A stretch of 64,000 bases of DNA from Eledone cirrhosa (taxonomy: Eukaryota): the NCBI GenBank assembly GCA_964016885.1, contig OZ024743.1, positions 319,486,001-319,550,000 of the forward strand. Direction: 5' to 3'. The notes beneath the pieces were generated by a model, which saw nothing but the letters and a program-made list of their open reading frames with translations, had not been told where the DNA came from and did not search any database. Shown here piece after piece: positions 25,575 through 39,541 of this stretch. A program made the translations under genes and the position numbers. Position 1 is the first letter of the stretch. Every line of letters begins with the position of its first letter.

Positions 25575-26095
25575 AACATGCCTCTGGTCCCCAGCTGTCA
25601 GTAATCTGTTAGTGTCGCCCTTGTTGAGCAGTAAAAACACACATCTAACCCTCAGCTGTCAGCAGTCTGTTAGTGTCGCCTCAGCTAGCAGTAAAAACAT
25701 ACTTCTGACCATCAGCAGTCAGTAGTCTGTTAGTCAGTGTAACCTTAGCTAAGCAGTGAAAACACGCCTCTGGCCTTCAGCAGTCATTTAGTCAGTGTCA
25801 CCTTAGTTGAGCAGTAAATTACCCTCAGTAGTTAGCATCTTATAGTCTGTGTTGCTTTAGCTGAGCAGTGAAAACAAGCCTCTTACCCTCAGCAGTCTGT
25901 TAGTCAGTGTCGCTTTAACTGAGAGGTGAAAACCAACCTCTAGTCCTCAGTAGTCTGTATAACCTTAACTAAGCTGTTAGTATAGTCTTAGCTGAGCAAT
26001 AAAACACACCTCTGCCCCTTGACTGTCTGTTAGTCAACGTCACCATTGCTGGACAATTGAAACATATCTTCAGCCCCCGATAAACAGCAGTCTGT
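25575..26095. repeat. Minisatellite, ~50-60 bp unit, about 9-10 diverged copies
   Basis: Recurrent cagcagtctgttagtcagtgtcaccttagctgagcagtgaaaacacgcctct. Confidence 0.9.
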
Positions 26096-27052
26096 TTGTG
26101 TCGTTCGGATGCCAAGGTCGGTTTTAAGACCCAGTCAGGTCCTGCATAAAGTTGTGATTCCGAAAGCGCTCTGAACTTTAAAGAATTATTTTCTAATCCG
26201 GCTGAATTTCGGAGGAGCTAGCATACGGATTGTTGCTGTAAAACATCAATACTAATTTTCGTAACAATTGGTTGAGGATCTTTGCATTGAGGACTGTGTC
26301 TCGTTCCTTCCCTAGGAATTCCAGATTTCCTGAATTCTTCTCTCATTGTCATCTTTCATTGTCATCTAGAAATTCTTTCATCATTATACTTTTGCAGGGT
26401 CAAATAGAATAATTTGATAATGCAATTTACATTCTCTGCACTATTAATTCGCGATCGCTCTCACAGTTGGGTAAATAGGTATTTTATTTGATATACACAC
26501 AATGTACTTTTTCTAACTTTAGATTCCTACCAGACTAAAATGCCGTCCCCAGTTCTTCCTCTGGGATTTAAAACTTTTTCCTTAAGAGCCGTTAGAAAAT
26601 CACTGGTTTAAGATATCACTTCAACATTTGACAAAAAGAAAAAGAGAAAAAAAAGAATTTAAACAGTTAATGAATCTTGCTCGTATTTCATTTAAGAGTA
26701 GAAATTAGAAGGTTCATTACATTATATAATTTAAACAGGGATTTACTTGAAATACTGATGAAACGCCCTTTTTCGTACCCACCAGAAGAAAGAGGACGCG
26801 TCCCAACACATTTCCCTCGCGTTCTCACACGTGCTCACAACACAACACCGCTGTGGAGCCACAGATGCCAAAATAAGATAGTTGTAGTTGTAATTTATTA
26901 ACAACACCGTAGCAAAGTAGAAGTATCTTCAGTATCGATATTTTAATAGAAAAATAAACTCAAATATACGAAGCCCCTTAATACACATTCAACTTAAATA
27001 TTAATAAGAATTTTTAGCACACCTTGCACCTGAATTTGCGTGAATTTGTGTG

Positions 27053-27209
<157 letters not shown>

Positions 27210-27304
27210 ACATGCAAACATACTTACACACATATCTAGATATAGGAATAAATGGTGTTTGTGTGTGTGTGCAAATGAACATACCTCTGTATGCAGATTC
27301 ATAG

Positions 27305-27335
<31 letters not shown>

Positions 27336-28585
27336 TGTATGTATGTATGTATGTATGTATGTATGTATGTATGTATGTATGTATGTATGTATGTATGTAT
27401 GTATGCATGCATGCATGCATGCATGTATGTATGTATGCATATACGTATTTATGATTATGTACATAATATTTTTATTATCATTTTCGCTATTTAATTCCAT
27501 GTTGTTTTGTTCTTCACATCTTCACATTGTTGATGACAAATCTGTTTAATAAATCTACCAATGTGGCGCATTCCTTCCATTCAGTAAAACATCTGCATTT
27601 CATTCCTTGGAATTTTTCTTTGATCCATAGCTTTGTCTGTTCCAATAAGTTTTTATCTCGGAATTTTACTTGTCGATCAAGTGACATGCTCTGAATATGA
27701 CACCGTGTATTGAAACTAATACAATTACACCATGGAAAAATCAATTTAACCCTTCAAAAACACAAAACATACAAAACTGTTAGATTCACTTCCTATTTAT
27801 CATTTCAGTTAAACTGTGTTAGTAACTAGGTCGCAGATATTGCGACGAAAGTTATGACATCAAGAAATAATCGGTAAATATGGAGTGAATTTAACAGTTA
27901 TTGTGTGTTTTTTCATTGTTAAAATGACTCTTCAATGATGTAATATTTTTTGAGTTAAATAACTATCTAATCGTTGCTGAGACATTATCGTAAGTCAGGT
28001 ATTTTATTGTGTTTTGTTTATACGTTTTCTATAGGTTGACTGGTTGACTGAGTGCAGTATATGCTACCACAATGTTACTGCTGTTGATAAAATTCGATAT
28101 GTAATCTATATTTCACAGTTGTTCCAAATCTAGAAGAATTTTCATCGATTGAAGACGACAAAACAAACCTTTTGTTTCTGGCGAAGAGAGTCCCGATTTT
28201 CGGTAGGTACTACCTAGTAACAAGGAGAAAGCAGAAGGAAAATGTTAGAATATAGGAGAACGTGGAGAATTTAATGAGCAATATCAACTTTTTAAAATTA
28301 TATTAAACAAATTAATAAAGAAAGATTATGTGGTTAATAATTGATTATGGTTTAGACACAAAGCCTAGGATTTTGGGAGAGGGGAAGGTACTTTATTTTA
28401 TTGACCACGTAAGAATGAAAGACAAAGTTGATATCGGTGGGATTTGAACTCAACACGTAAAGGGCTATAACTCTTTGCCGCAAAAGATTTTGTCCGACAT
28501 TCTAACGATATTGCCAATCCTCCGGCCTTTTCTTCCTAATAATGGTTTCTGATTTAGGCACAAAGCCAATAGCACAAAGCCAATA

Positions 28586-28899
28586 GTGTGGCTGTGTTGT
28601 TAGGGTATTCGGCTCACAATCGTAAGGTCGTGAGTTCGATTCCCGGTGGTGCGTTATGTTCTTGAGCAAGACACTTTATTTCACGTTACTCCAGTTCACT
28701 CAGAAGGCAAAATTAAGTTGTACCTGTAGCTCAAAGAATCAGTCTTGCCACATTCTGTGTCATGCTGAATCTCTCTGAAAATTACGTGAAAGGTACGTGT
28801 GTTTGTGGAATGTTCAGCCTATTGCACATTAATTTCATGAGTAGGCTGTTGGTCGGATTAACTGAAACACTCGTCGTTGTAACCGACGGAGTGTTAGTT
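28586..28899 (+). mobile_element. tRNA-derived SINE (best-preserved copy of a multicopy family)
   Basis: A box tggctgtgttgtta, B box gagttcgattcc, then ttcttgagcaagacactttatttcacg. Related copies at about 8790-9225(-), 12180-12405(-), 13800-14090(+), 16620-16890(-), 17265-17572(-), 20738-21015(-), 23440-23730(-), 49685-49805(-), 52880-53028(-), 58180-58432(-), 63315-63428(+). Confidence 0.85.
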
Positions 28900-29436
28900 G
28901 ATATTATCGACCCCCTAAGGATGAAAGACAAAGCTAACCTCGCCGGGATTTTAACCCAGAAAATAAAGGGTAGTAACTATATGCCACAAAGCAGGTTGTT
29001 CGATACCATATCGATAATGCAAATTGACAGTCCCGAGTGTGTGTAATAATAGAATGAAAATCTAGATACGGTTCAATTGATGCTGAGTTTTAATGTAGAT
29101 GTTTCTATAGTAACGAAATTCCACAATTCTCTCTCTACGACACACACATAACGGAGAGCGTTCCCACATACAGATATATATCTATGTATAAAATATAATA
29201 TAACTTTAACTTTGATAGGTTTTGGCCAGTATTGACCCAGGCCATGTCTAATTTAATAACACCACCTTGCGAAATCTTTAATCTCAGGATTTGGACACCA
29301 CGACCCACTCAAGTAGGGAGTTATTGTTTATGGAGACATATCCGGGTGTAGCAGGTTTATATGGGATTTATATATATATATAAATACATATGGATATACC
29401 CGTATATATATACCTCTCTGAGTCTAAACTCTAAGC

Positions 29437-29517
<81 letters not shown>

Positions 29518-29753
29518 GAATATACCCTAACATTTTTCTGTCCACTCTTTGTTTTGCTATAACAGAGTGGTTCTCCAATCTGGTGCACAGATTGGCATAA
29601 CTAATGCAATAGCAAAGAAAGTAGCACACACACACACATATGTGTGTGTGTGTGTGTGTTTATGCAAGTATTTGTGTGTGTATAATTTAGTATAATTTAG
29701 TAATACACAAATTACAGAAATATTATAAATTCTAAATATTAAATTGGTTGTAC

Positions 29754-29883
29754 TCACCTACTGTTGACAAGGGTCAGAAATTCTTCCCTGGATTTAGGAT
29801 CTTCTCGTAACACGCCTAACATAGTACTAGTAACGGTCTTACTATTGAGTTTCTGGACACCTCGCATTACCATACACATGTGA
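29754..29883 (-). CDS. GCH1: GTP cyclohydrolase I, last coding exon
   Basis: Minus strand acceptor ctttactcttctag, then (T)[42 protein letters not shown]-stop (TGA 29756-29754). This is the conserved animal GCH1 C-terminus including the Zn-ligand HMC motif. Phase 2 matches the exon at 43883-43967. Confidence 0.95.
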
Positions 29884-30234
29884 CTAGAAGAGTAAAGATA
29901 ATAAATGTCAAACACTGAACCGCAACGCATGAATGATGAATAAGTAAGATAACATCTTTCTTTCTACTTTCATTTTCACCAGAAAAAATACTTGTTTTGT
30001 GTCCTGGCAACTGTTTACTGGATGCTACAGAAATTGTAATTTTACAAAATGTCATGCATATTCTTATATTCTTCTAGACTTTTACTGGTTTTTAGTTATT
30101 TGACTTGGACCATGCAGGATTATTTCGACCCCAATACTTTTGTTTTCAAAATATTTATGTTACGAGACATAAACACAGAGACATAAACATAAACTCAGCC
30201 GCAGACAGACACACACACGCACATGTACCCCGCC

Positions 30235-30430
<196 letters not shown>

Positions 30431-30756
30431 GTGTGTGCGTGCGTTAGCATTTATATTTTTTAAAATCCCTGTGAACTTCTTTTTGCTATCATTGATAACT
30501 TATCAATAATATCTGTAGGTAAATTGATCTTCTTGATAGCACATGTCCTTGTTTTCGAAAGACACGTGTATTTTCTATATTTGTGTTTGTGCTGTTTATC
30601 CACTACTGTGTTGTTTATCCACTACTGGTATCACAATTTATATCGAAACCAGATTATTTAACCTACAGCGGTGAATGATGAAGTGGCATTTTTTCCCCTG
30701 TTGGGTCTGTATCTTATATTTTTGTCCTGATTGTGTTGTTTGCTACACCCCCCCCC

Positions 30757-30814
<58 letters not shown>

Positions 30815-31839
30815 ATATCTTTGAATAAAATGTTTTTTAATAGTTTTCATATTTTTGATATGATTAAATGTTTAAGTGGAACTACACCGTTTAATTCCCC
30901 CTATCTGTGCCACTTTTCCTTCTCGGCTGTCAAACTGTAATGTGAGCCTTGACTTTCAAATGAGATGGAAAGCGACATATGTACAATAGGGATAGAATAA
31001 CAAAATAAAATACTACAGATAACTGAGATAAGAATTTATACACTAAAATATATAGAATTTCTCAGAGAATTTCGTATCTTTACACTGTGACAATTTCCAT
31101 TTGTTAAAAACCCATATAAAGAAGACAAATTGGAAACAAATGAAATATGATAGCAATATATATGTAATGCAGGTTAAGGCCATTTAATGTTTTGCCTGAG
31201 AACTTCTAGAGAACAACACGTTGTCATCAACCAAGTTCCCTCCATGACAGCTGTGACTGAATACCAACATGGTTTTACAGAGGACCTATCTACTTTATGA
31301 TCAACTAAGCAGCTGCCTAAGACGTAGACTCCAGAGAAGTGTATTTCTGAGCCTTAAAGGATCACAGTATTATACAAATTTGTATAATTATATTAAATAT
31401 ATAATAATTTCCTGTAGTCAAATAAATAAATCGCTAAACATCTGTGCTACGTACTATTGTTGTGGAAATATATAAAGTAGTTGAGAGGATCGTATGCTAT
31501 TACGATCTGTAACATGATTTGGCATATGTTAGTGCGAACTGTGCCGTAGAAAATGCAAGCTTAGTAATTTTCTTTCTATACTAGTTTCGAAAACTAGATT
31601 TGCCAGCATATAAAACTGTAAGTTGAAGCTGTTTTATTTGGGAGAATGAGACGTATAGCTAACGTCGTCAAACGAGTGAGAAGCTCCTGTCTTATTGGTT
31701 CTAAGACAGTGGGTTGATTCTTCACTTTACTCTTCATTCCAGCCAAAGATAAGTATGGAATTGGCGAGACTGACTTTCGTTTCATAACTACAATAAAGAC
31801 ACAGTCTTCGGCGATGACATAACATTCCATTGAAAATTA

Positions 31840-33557
31840 CACCGTGTAACATATTTTTTGTTCCCCGGTTCTAAGTGTCATCTCCTGGTTTGTTATATCC
31901 CATTATTATAAAAAAAACACTATTATTTAATCAGAAGTTTGTGTTTGTGGTCAGGAGTTTGATACTTCGAAATTTTCATATTTTTCAAGAAAAAACAAAA
32001 ATTTATCAGTTCATATAATTAAATCAACAGAGTATATATTTATTTTATTGCACAAGCTTATCAAAAGCAAACAAGTAAAAACAAATAACACTTATAAAGC
32101 AACTTATACACGTCAGAAATGACTGGATTTCGTGGATTTGCGGTTGTAGTCCAGGTAGCATTGCCGCATTAGCCCCCAGATATAGTCCCCCATCATTTTT
32201 TCATTGTAGTGGCCCTGGTACCTCCGTTCTATCTCTTTCACATCTTGGTGGAATCGTTCGCCTTGTTCTTCTGAGTAGGCACCCATATTGTCCTTGAATT
32301 TTTCCAGATGAGCGTCCAGCATATGGAGTTTAAGCGACATCCTGCATCCCATGGCGCCAAAAGCCTTTATCAGATCCTGCACCAGTTGCTGGTAGTTTTC
32401 AGCTCTGTAGTTGCCCAGGAAGCCCTTAACAACTGCCTTGAAACAGTTCCATGCTGTTCTCTCAATCCTATTGAGCTTATTGGAGAACTCGGTAGACTCA
32501 AACACCTTCTTTATCTGAGGTCCAACACAAATTCCATCTTTGATTTTGGCCTCAGATAACTTGGGGAAGAACTTAAGAAGGTACTTAAAAGCGACTGATT
32601 CTTGGTTGAGAGCCTTCACAAACTGCTTCATCATCCCCAACTTAATGTGCAGTGGCGGCATGAGCACAATCCTGGGATCAACCAGTGGCTCCCACATGAC
32701 GTTCCGGGTCCCAACTACAAATTCTGTTCGCTGCTCCCAGTTCTTTCTTTTGTAGTGGTCATAGGTGGCTCTGCTGTCCCAAAGGCAGAGGAAGCATTGG
32801 AATTTGATAAAGCCTCCTTGGAGTCCAAACAGGAAAGCCACCAATGATTTCCCAATTGTACTGGTTGTATTGCAGAGCTTCCAAGAGGACTTTCACACTG
32901 TAGTAATCTTGCTTCAGGCAGACTGAATAAGCTAGGGGCAGTGTCGGGAACTTGTTTCCATTGTGGAGGAGGACAGCCTTCAAACTTGTGGTGGGGCTGT
33001 CTATAAATAGCCCCCACTCCTTGGGCACAAACGGCACCCCAATAACGTCAAACAGTCCAGGCACGTCATGGCAGAAGCAGAGGCCATCCTTAAGAGTGTA
33101 AAAAGCCTGAGAAAGGTTCGTGTCGACTTCTCTGACTTGTCACTTGCACTTCCTCCTTGAGCAAGTTCCACTGCCTCATCCTGGAGACGAATAGCTCTGC
33201 ATTGGACTTGGTCAGACCCATGTCCCTGACCAAGTCATTGGCTTCTTTTGGGTTTGGGAAGTGAGGAACTTTTTCTGGTACCCCAGAATATAATATTCTT
33301 TAGGTATTACTCTTTATTTTATAATTTTAATTTAACCTGAAACATATATAAAAAAATCATTTAACATAAGCAAATTAAACTTACATACAACGTAAAATCC
33401 AGCATAAAAATAATTCTAGTGAATAACTTAGAATTTTTACAAACCCGAACTTTTAACTGTTTAATAGCACTTTTTTTAAAATTTATTTGGGACCTAAGCA
33501 ACACAAAAAAGTGATTACAAGCCAGGAACAGAGAAAAACATTATTTTGTTATACGTT
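31840..33557 (-). mobile_element. Chapaev3-like (CMC superfamily) DNA transposon, decayed
   Basis: Left terminus tta|caccgtgtaacatattttttgttcc and a degenerate inverted right terminus ggaaca...tgttatacg. Transposase fragments inside. Confidence 0.7.
32113..33270 (-). pseudogene. Chapaev3-like transposase, frameshifted
   Basis: ORF pieces 32759-33064 (EWGLFIDS..SLKAVLLHNGN) and 32113-32844 (GLQGGF..CFLCLWDSR, PPLHIKLGMMKQFVKAL, MSLKLHMLDAH, SEEQGERFHQD) carry motifs I associate with Chapaev3 transposases. Confidence 0.8.
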
Positions 33558-33732
33558 TAATTATAATTAAACGTATCTCACCTAAATAAACAATTAAACG
33601 TAAACAAAAGTAGACACCTCCTCATATATATATATTAAAATAACAGATTAAAGTTTACGGTTCTTATATATTTGATATATATTTATCCTTATCGAGCCCT
33701 CTTTGGATTTTAGTCTTCAAATTTATTATTAT

Positions 33733-33772
<40 letters not shown>

Positions 33773-34007
33773 GACTCCAGTTGCATTTTCGATTTCATCT
33801 TTTTTCCTTATATATATAACCACCGCTCACGCTTACGACCATAAACATATTGTGCACACATTTATGTTATGAACTTTTTGAATTTCATTTATATAATTTT
33901 TTCAGGTTTTGTAATCAAGTAAACACTTTTGTATGTTTTAAAATATTTTTCTAATGTTTGCGAAAGTTTTACTAAAATAAAACCAATTTACAGTTACTAA
34001 CAGTTTC

Positions 34008-34333
34008 CAGAGGTCCTCAAACTTTTGGGGCCACCACTCAACTCATGTCCATGAAATACCCTCAACGCCCCCAACCCTATTCCAGAGAGCCCTGCCTATA
34101 CACAAATTGTAAATAATATATAATAAATAAAATCGTTAATTTATATATAATAAATAATTTAATATATACTATGTATAAAGAAATATTATATATTTTTTAT
34201 TTTACTATATTTATATATAATATGTATCATTTGATATTCGATATACTACTATATCAACTCTACCGCCCACTTAGGTGCCAGCACCCTTCCTAATGCCCCC
34301 GGAGAGTGGTAGCGCTCACTTTGAGAAACTCTG
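34008..34333. mobile_element. Old hAT MITE
   Basis: TIRs cagaggtcctcaaac / tttgagaaactctg with an AT-rich interior. No clean TSD. Confidence 0.6.
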
Positions 34334-36098
34334 CATTAGACCTTTACAAATATTCTTATTTAGATTCATATTAACAAATATTCTTATTTAGAATCCTACA
34401 AAATATTTATTTTAAAATCTTTTTTATGCTTATTTTATCTCCGTTGGCCTTCCCTATTTTAATTTACTTTATTTTATATTCCTTTATCTCTGTCTATCTT
34501 GTTTTCTTCTTGTTTTTCAACTGTAAGAAGTACTAAATACATACCCTAGTCTGTCATGACTTACCAGCTCTATACGGACGCATACATTGATTAAATAAAT
34601 AAATATCTAATATTAAATCTGATACTTGGTAACTTTGTACGACGGGGTAGTTGGAACGAAAACTATTCAAGCGGGAAAGTCGTTTACCGCTTTACGACCA
34701 AGTTGGTGGAACAGAACCAGGTCGTTAAATCAAGAGTGGTTGTATTTTAAAATAAAACAAAGAGAATATAATTGTATACGTGTATTTTGAATAACTGATA
34801 TTATTCTACCACGTTGCAGTTGTTTCAGATATAAATAAAATTATTTGCTAAATAATTACATATCGTCTATTACCTTGTTGCTTTTGCCACAACCCAGGGC
34901 TCCGCAGCCCGCAATGCAGAGGAGAGGAATATAGTTATATACCGGGGCTTGACCGACCACTTTCTCTTTGCACTAGTCTCTGTCGAAATCTCTTGTGTTC
35001 TTGGAGTCAAAAGTTGCCAGTAAGATATTACAAGCCTATCATACAAGAAAGAATTGTTGCGCCAAAGAAAGCAAAATTAATACAATATTTTGTATTAATT
35101 ACAATTCTCAGAATCACACCTGCGGGTAGTCAACTCTGACCGATGGTGGTGAGTAGAGAGTGGACCTTGGGCAAAGGACACCAGAAATCTCCACTGTTGC
35201 GGGCTCGACCGCAAACCTGTCGGATAGCGACCGATATTTGGAGAGTTTACCCTCCTCGCCCCGAAGTGCAGCAGAGCCTGGGAAAGTTGAAATGCCTTAC
35301 TTCACCCCATAAATTTAAGTAGAATCGAACGGTTTTTTTTTGGGGGGGGGGGGGGGATGTAATTATTTCTTCCTCTTGCAGTATAATGCGAGACATCATA
35401 AACATATTTCCTTCATTGAGTTGTCCCAATTATTGACATTGGAACCATTTTAGAATCTGGTCTTTACTATAGGAGCATTCTCAGTTTCTCTTTCCTAGTA
35501 TCATATCTTCGGGACATATTTTAGAGACCACCGTCCCTCCCCTGACCAACATTGGTTGTCATTGCACTGAGTTCTCTCTCCGCGATTGACATTAACGTCA
35601 TTTTAGGATCTTGTCTTTTTATCTACCATTGCGGTGTCCTCAGTTTTTTCTTTCTTTTTTGAATATCATGTCATCAAGACATATATTAAGGAGACAACAA
35701 GTTAATCGTTTGACATAGCCAAACAGTTTGAGAGAATTGTCTCTAATTTTATTAAAAATTAGTTGTTGTTGATGTTGCTGTTATTGTTATTGTTGGTGTT
35801 GTTTTATCATTTCTCATAGATGAAATATTTTAACGCTATCAGACGAAAGCAACCAGTAAGCTATTATTGCAAGATATTTTTTACAAGAAAGAATTATAGT
35901 GCCAAAGAAAGAAATTTTAAGTAATATTATTTATTACAATCTTCATAATTATTTTCTAAAGCTGTGAAAAGTCAAAATATCATAACTGCTCTTTTGTCTG
36001 TTCTGCTTATTTCCCTCAAATTGCCACAATACAAGTCACGTGTTTCAGGATTTGATTTAGGAATTTAATTAAATTTGACACAAAATAAATATTTCCAT

Positions 36099-36640
<542 letters not shown>

Positions 36641-37114
36641 TGTATAATGAAGTTACGTACTAAAAATACAATATATTTTTTTTTTGTAAGTGACAATATA
36701 GTAAAAGAGGTTAAGGGACGATTGCTATCTTTAGAGAGGGAGAGAGAGGGGGGAGTGATGGAAAGGGAGGTGAATGAAAACAAATATATAATAAAAAGAT
36801 AATTATAAAAATGGTAATTATGAAAGACAGAAAGGTATTGATGTTAGCATAGCATAAAAGAATTAAAAGGCCACAGGACATAAGTGGCGTGAAGGCGAGG
36901 GATAGGTGAGATTTCTAATGCTGTCTTGTGTAGAGATTATTATCATATTAGATTTGTGTGTGATATCTGACTATTTTAACTTAATTTTCCATCAACTGGA
37001 GCCAACAAGTAGCTTTAATATTAAGATTAATATCAATCAATAGTGAGTACTGAAGACACAGACATGTTATTGTGGGGGGGGGGAAGAGACGGTAAATACA
37101 GATGATCTCGTATA

Positions 37115-37507
37115 TCATCATCATCGTCATCATCATCATCATAATGATCATCGTCGTCGTCGCCGTCGCCGTCACCACCACCATCATCATCATCATCGTC
37201 GTCGTCAGCGTCGTCGTCGTCGTCGTCGTCGTCATCATCATCACCATCGTTGTCATCATCATCATCACTATCGTCGTCAGTCATCCCCCTCACCATCATC
37301 GTCGTCGTCGTCATCGTCATCACCACCACCACCACCACCACCACCACCCCATCATCATCATCATCACCATCGTCGTCATCATCATCCTCATCACCATCGT
37401 CGTCAGTCATCCTCCTCCTCATCATCGTCGTCGTCCGTCGTGTCGTCATCGTTGTCATCATCATCACCACCACCACCCCATCATCATCATCATCGCCAGC
37501 GTCGTCA

Positions 37508-37545
<38 letters not shown>
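37115..37545. repeat. Cryptic trinucleotide repeat (ATC/GTC/ACC)n followed by (ATT)n
   Basis: Directly visible, with an internal higher-order duplication (37270-37400 vs 37400-37500). Confidence 0.95.
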
Positions 37546-37546
<1 letters not shown>

Positions 37547-37547
37547 G

Positions 37548-37910
37548 GACGGTGGATTGGAGAATATTGGTAGAGAGTCGGACGCCATGCTTTACAGCAC
37601 AGAGTTACGTCCCTTTGCGGCCTGAGTTCAAATCCCGTCGAGGTTAACTTTGCCTTTCATCCTAACGGGGTCGATAAAATAAAGTACCAGTAACGTACTG
37701 GGATCGATTTAATCGACTTTCCCCTCCCCAAATTACTTGCCTTGTGCCTATACTAGAAACCATTATTAGTGCTGGTCGTAGATTAATAGAATCGGCAGAG
37801 CGCCGGAAAAATACTTTATGGTATTTAGTTACATTTCATTTATTTCTGAGTTCAAATCCCGCCGAGGTTAGCTCTGTCATTCATCTCTATGGGGTCGATA
37901 AAATAATGTA
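37548..37910 (+). mobile_element. Nin/Deu-domain-like SINE, tandem pair (representative of a second family)
   Basis: B-box gagttcaaatccc followed by aactttgcctttcatcct..ggggtcgataaaataaagtaccag. Other copies at about 1-80, 3515-3728(-), 7225-7345, 9860-9975(-), 14745-14960, 16050-16350, 22830-22990, 23130-23255(-), 28345-28565(-), 57825-58005, 61480-61745(-). Confidence 0.8.
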
Positions 37911-38146
37911 CCATTTATGTATGTATGTATGTATGTATATATGTATGTATATATGTATGTATATATGTATGTATATATGTATGTATATATGTATGTATAT
38001 ATGTATGACCCCTTAGCCTTTGTCAAGGCAGAATTCTAGGAGAAGCAAAACTCTGATGGTATCCAATGATGTTGACTTGTACTTCTTTTTGGTTAAGTAG
38101 TGGCCGTACTCGAAAACGAGTTGGCAGCCACCATGTATGTATGTAT

Positions 38147-38698
38147 GGTCGGGTCGTTGGCGACTAAACTGGCAACCCCACCAAGGTTTCCTGGTGAGGA
38201 GGGTGACTTTGGACATCCTGCAGGACTAAAAACAAAACCTGTCAAAGGGCAAAGAAGCTCTTAAGAGTCAATGGCCATCCAAAATCACCGGGAGAGATGA
38301 CCCCTTAGCCTTTGTCATGGCATAATTCTAGAAGGAAAACTCTGATATAACACCTGCAACCCTGATGGTATCCAATGATGTTGGCTTGTTCTTCTTTTTG
38401 GTAAATATCATCTTGGTTAAGAGAGTGGGACTGGCTTTGTGCAGTGCCTTTGCTCACTATAAAAGCTTCACGGCACAGGCATTGCTTTATATCTGGAGAT
38501 CTCTCTGCACTTGTCATCACATGGTACCATGGGCCCAGCACTATGTGTCAATAATTGTCACAAGTGTAGTGTTTGTACCAGAGTTTTCAAGTGGTTGGCT
38601 GGACTAAAAAGTCCCACTCGTTCAGCGCATCGGTAGGGGTTCTCCTACATGGATATAAAGTAGTGGCGGTACTCGAAAACGAGTTGGCAGCCACCACG
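38147..38698 (+). mobile_element. Non-autonomous retroposon with (ATGT)n tail, probably RTE/RTEX-derived
   Basis: Ends gtactcgaaaacgagttggcagccacca followed by (tgta)n. Near-identical 5'-truncated copy at 42929-43344, shorter copies at 38007-38134 and 39085-39152, and a related subfamily at 476-805 and 43416-43670. The RTE link rests only on remembered 5' UTR motifs (ctaggagaaggaaaactc). Confidence 0.65.
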
Positions 38699-39169
38699 TA
38701 TGTATGTATGTATGTATGTATGTATGTATGTATGTATGTATGTATGTATGTATGTATGTATGTATGCGTGTATGTGTGTATGTTCTTCAGGTTTTATAAT
38801 TTCACAAATTTTTGCCAATAGAGAGAGCGAGAGAGAGAGAGAGAGATGGGGGGGGGGAGACGTTTTCAAACATAGTTACAAGACTCTCTCATTGGAATTT
38901 ACACAACTTCAACTAGGTAGATATGTCTGCATGTCTGCATACATGCATGTGTGTGCAGGTATGGATGTTATTATATGTGTGGATGTGTATGTGTGCATGT
39001 GCATACGCTTTGTATCTGTATATGTGTATATGCAGTTATTAGATGCAACATTTTTGGAATGTTTTACATATTTTTACTGATTGTATCGGTACGAGTTCTC
39101 CTACATGGATATAAAGTAGTGCCGTACTCGAAAACGAGTTGGCAGCCACCATGTATATATGTATATATG

Positions 39170-39222
<53 letters not shown>

Positions 39223-39413
39223 ATATGTATATATATTGTATTCACTTTAATTAGTTTATTTCATTAATAGCTAACTTTGTCTGTTACAATGCAAACACGT
39301 TTTGTGTTTATCATATATATTAATGTATATATATATATATGTATGTATGTATATATGTATGTATATATGTATTTATGTATATATATATGTATATATGTGT
39401 GTATGTATGTATG

Positions 39414-39468
<55 letters not shown>

Positions 39469-39477
39469 ATATAAATA

Positions 39478-39541
<64 letters not shown>

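Noticed and set aside
25575-26095. CRISPR-like periodicity
   Set aside because: Units are contiguous diverged repeats without unique spacers, the context is eukaryotic and there are no cas genes.
26140-26400. Exon-like purine-rich stretch on the minus strand
   Set aside because: Stops occur in all frames and no protein motif is recognisable.
27746-28210. piggyBac-like start (ttaaccctt)
   Set aside because: No matching downstream end or transposase motif was found. The aagggttaa at 20231 is on the wrong side.
28586-28650. tRNA gene
   Set aside because: A and B boxes are present but there is no full cloverleaf, and the sequence continues into a multicopy SINE body.
30676-30730. C/D box snoRNA (ATGATGA...CTGA) in the GCH1 intron
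   Set aside because: Too short, no convincing terminal stem or recognisable guide, and such motifs are expected by chance.
36981-37647. Poly-Asp/His/Ser ORFs
   Set aside because: Products of a cryptic trinucleotide repeat open in several frames on both strands, with no splice or domain support.
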